Source of the DNA: an uncultured bacterium
GTDB taxonomy: Bacteria > Cyanobacteriota > Vampirovibrionia > Gastranaerophilales > Gastranaerophilaceae
Direction: 5' to 3'
NCBI GenBank assembly: GCA_937894665.1
Contig: CALAWF010000027.1
Coordinates: 1-35,752, forward strand
DNA: 35,752 nucleotides
Part shown: in pieces, positions 33,468 to 35,752 of the stretch
Position numbering within the stretch: position 1 is the first letter of the stretch
Layout: every line of letters begins with the position of its first letter
The notes under the pieces: generated by a model
What the model saw: the letters and a program-made list of their open reading frames with translations, nothing else
Told to the model about the DNA's origin: nothing
Database searches by the model: none
Program-made: the position numbers and the translations under genes

Positions 33468-34247
33468 CTAAAAAAACAAAACTTCACCATCTGCAGGTAT
33501 CAGTAAATTATCTATATTATTATTGTTTTTAAGATGTTCTAAATCTTTTCTTGTAACTGTTAAATGACTTACTGTATCCATGTGGCTTGCAATTACGGTC
33601 GCATTTTTAGAATTTTTTAAAACTTCTTTCAAATCATCAATATTCATAATTAAGCGTTCCCCATTTAATACTGTTGCGGCACAAGCATTAACTACAACTA
33701 CATTTGGAGAATATTTCCTTAAGGCTTCTTTTACTTCTTCACACCAAATCGTATCACCAGCAATATAAAGTGTTTTTTCTACTTTAGCTTTGAAAACAAT
33801 ACCCATTGCATCGTAAGGCATTCCAATAGAATCACATAAAGGTTTTAAAATGTCTCGTTTTCCATGTTGTGTATGAGTTTTGTATAAAGTTATATTTCCA
33901 TAGCTTGTACCTTGTTCTGCTAAAATTTCAACATCTTTAAAACCTTTTGATAATATAAAGTTTCTATCAAATTCTGATTGAACAAAAATTTTAAGATTTT
34001 TATCTATTGCATGTTCTGCATATTCGTCCCAGTGATCAGGGTGAATATGAGTAATGATAACAGCATCGACATCTACAATTTTATCAATAGAAAAAGGTAA
34101 TTCTACTCTCGGTTGTCGAATTTCAGAATTAACTGCTGTTTCAAAACCCGGCATATACTCCTTTGGTCCAAGCCAAGGGTCTATTAAGAATCTTGTATTG
34201 TCGTATTCTATAATTAATGTTGCATTTCTAACTTGAGTAATTTTCAT
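33468..34247 (-). CDS. MBL-fold metallo-hydrolase
   Basis: HxHxDH motif ITHIHPDHWDE plus downstream His/Asp ligand positions (GDTIW, SHMD) at 259 aa. Confidence 0.88.
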   Translation of the reverse strand: MKITQVRNATLIIEYDNTRFLIDPWLGPKEYMPGFETAVNSEIRQPRVELPFSIDKIVDVDAVIITHIHPDHWDEYAEHAIDKNLKIFVQSEFDRNFILSKGFKDVEILAEQGTSYGNITLYKTHTQHGKRDILKPLCDSIGMPYDAMGIVFKAKVEKTLYIAGDTIWCEEVKEALRKYSPNVVVVNACAATVLNGERLIMNIDDLKEVLKNSKNATVIASHMDTVSHLTVTRKDLEHLKNNNNIDNLLIPADGEVLFF

Positions 34248-34339
34248 GTAATCATCTCCTTTTATAATAATATTAAATTCTTATTTACTTTATTTCAAGA
34301 ATGCACTATTTTGTATAATATACACATAAAAGTATAATA

Positions 34340-34540
34340 GTTACCAAAGCCGAAGGCATAAAACTAGCCAAAGAAAAAGGAAAACGTTTAGGTAAACCGC
34401 CTATTAAGTACCCAGAGAATTGGGATAATGTTTACAGAATTTGGAAATCTGGAGCTATTACAGCCAGAAAAGCAATGAAACAACTCAATTTAAAACCAAC
34501 AAGTTTTTATAAACTGGCTAAAAAGTATAAGAACAATTAA
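34340..34540 (+). pseudogene. serine recombinase (resolvase/invertase) C-terminal fragment
   Basis: The frame is open only from 34319 and has no start codon or catalytic domain. It encodes VTKAEGIKLAKEKGKRLGKPPIKYPENWDNVYRIWKSGAITARKAMKQLNLKPTSFYKLAKKYKNN, the typical resolvase linker plus C-terminal HTH. Confidence 0.55.
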
Positions 34541-34664
34541 AATAAACGTCTAAGAATTTTATTTTACAAAATTAAAATAATTTCAATTTTGTAAAATGTA
34601 TTTTGCATTTTGTTGATTTTTTCATTATTGTAAAGTATTATAAAAACATAATGGAGCTAATATT

Positions 34665-35752
34665 ATGACCAACAATGAAAAACTTATCAACAGACCCGAA
34701 TATATAAAGAAATTAAATCAGTGGAAAAACCAAGAGGATTTAGTAAAAATAATTACCGGCGTTAGAAGATGTGGTAAATCTAAATTATTTGTACTGTTTC
34801 AAAATGAGTTATTAAAAGAAGATAATATTGAAGAAAGCCAAATTGTAAGTATCAATTTGGAAGATATCATTACAACAAGAAAAATCGGGCTTGAATACAA
34901 CAATAAAAACATTTTAGTAGGTTATGAAAAACTGCTGGATTATATTTTGTCAAAGTTACAAGAAAATAAGATGAATTATGTATTCATTGATGAAATACAG
35001 TTGTTAGAAAATTGGCAAAATGTTGCTAATGCACTAAGACTGCAACCTAATATTGATGTCTATTTGACGGGTTCAAATGCTTATATGTTTTCAGGTGATT
35101 TGGCAAACTCTTTCGGAGGTCGGTATATTGAAATAAAAATGCAGCCTTTTTCGTTTGCAGAATTCTATAATTCATTATCAAAAGAAACACAAGCTAAACC
35201 TTTGCAAGAAATTTACCTGAAATACATTAAAGAAAGCGGTTTCCCTCAAACTATTAAATTTAATTCTGACATGGAATTGATTAACGATTATTTACTAAAC
35301 ACTGTTTATTTAAACACGGTGCAAAAAGATATTATACAAAGATATAATATTACAAATACCAACAAACTAGATTCTGTGATTCGTTACATGTTTGATAATA
35401 TTGGAAATGAAACTTCTTTGAGAAATATAGAACGTGGGCTAAAATCATTTGGTTATAGTGTTTCAACACCAACAATAGACACCTATCTAAAAGGGCTTTT
35501 AGACAGTTATTTACTTTATAAGTGCGACCAATATGATATAAAAGGAAAACGAATATTAAATACCAACTCAAAATACTATGTTGCTGATATCGGATTGAGA
35601 AATGCTATTTTAAACAGCTCTGATAGGGATTTTGGGCATATTTTAGAAAATGTTGTTTACTTGGAACTTATAAAGCGAGGTTATAAAGTCAATGTTGGTA
35701 AATGCTATAATGCAGAGGTTGATTTTGTTGCAACAAAGAATAATACGGTAGA
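34665..35752 (+). CDS. AAA-family ATPase with DUF4143-type C-terminal region, 3' end cut by window edge
   Basis: ATG at 34665 preceded by GGAG. Walker A ITGVRRCGKS and Walker B YVFIDEIQ, then GSNAYMFSGDLANSFGGRY and YYVADIGLRN segments typical of this family. It is absent from the track because no stop falls inside the window. Confidence 0.85.
   Translation, partial: MTNNEKLINRPEYIKKLNQWKNQEDLVKIITGVRRCGKSKLFVLFQNELLKEDNIEESQIVSINLEDIITTRKIGLEYNNKNILVGYEKLLDYILSKLQENKMNYVFIDEIQLLENWQNVANALRLQPNIDVYLTGSNAYMFSGDLANSFGGRYIEIKMQPFSFAEFYNSLSKETQAKPLQEIYLKYIKESGFPQTIKFNSDMELINDYLLNTVYLNTVQKDIIQRYNITNTNKLDSVIRYMFDNIGNETSLRNIERGLKSFGYSVSTPTIDTYLKGLLDSYLLYKCDQYDIKGKRILNTNSKYYVADIGLRNAILNSSDRDFGHILENVVYLELIKRGYKVNVGKCYNAEVDFVATKNNTV

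Overview
The window is AT-rich, roughly one-third G+C by eye, and bacterial. Positions 1 to about 22,000 look like ordinary core chromosome of a low-GC, diderm-type, flagellated bacterium. This block carries lgt, 5-formyl-THF cyclo-ligase, cobO, dxr, a hybrid sensor kinase, a fliA-type sigma factor, flhB, deoC, mlaEF, a class I/II aminotransferase, cysK, an acyl-CoA synthetase and a prepilin-type protein. It also holds a cluster of secreted, HEAT-repeat and coiled-coil proteins of unknown function. I cannot assign a taxon from sequence alone.

From about 22,000 onward the content is accessory. It begins with a REP/MITE-like repeat cluster with a pentanucleotide microsatellite, a large Cys/His protease-like protein and a standalone OLD-type TOPRIM protein. 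Next comes tRNA-Glu(UUC), carrying an 8.0-kb integrated element (25082-33110) bounded by a perfect 41-bp direct repeat of the tRNA 3' half.

The element encodes:
- a translationally coupled integrase and excisionase;
- a divergent XRE repressor with a palindromic operator;
- a Gp49/HigB-like toxin module;
- a second, catalytic-domain-only tyrosine recombinase with a small coiled-coil partner;
- an XRE-controlled pair of zinc-ribbon membrane proteins;
- a ~190-nt G+C-enriched, ORF-poor, hairpin-dense segment (candidate structured ncRNA, 30826-31021);
- a convergent four-gene operon (32494-31125) headed by a 52-aa ribbon-helix-helix protein that is absent from the ORF track, followed by three proteins I cannot place in any family.

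The ncRNA candidate and this operon are my best candidates for something undescribed.

Right of attR lie an MBL-fold hydrolase, a decayed serine-recombinase fragment and a DUF4143-type AAA ATPase. I found no rRNA, CRISPR array, transposase or reverse transcriptase. CDS coordinates are anchored to the supplied ORF track. Hand-located sites (repeats, hairpins, promoters) may be off by 1-2 nt.
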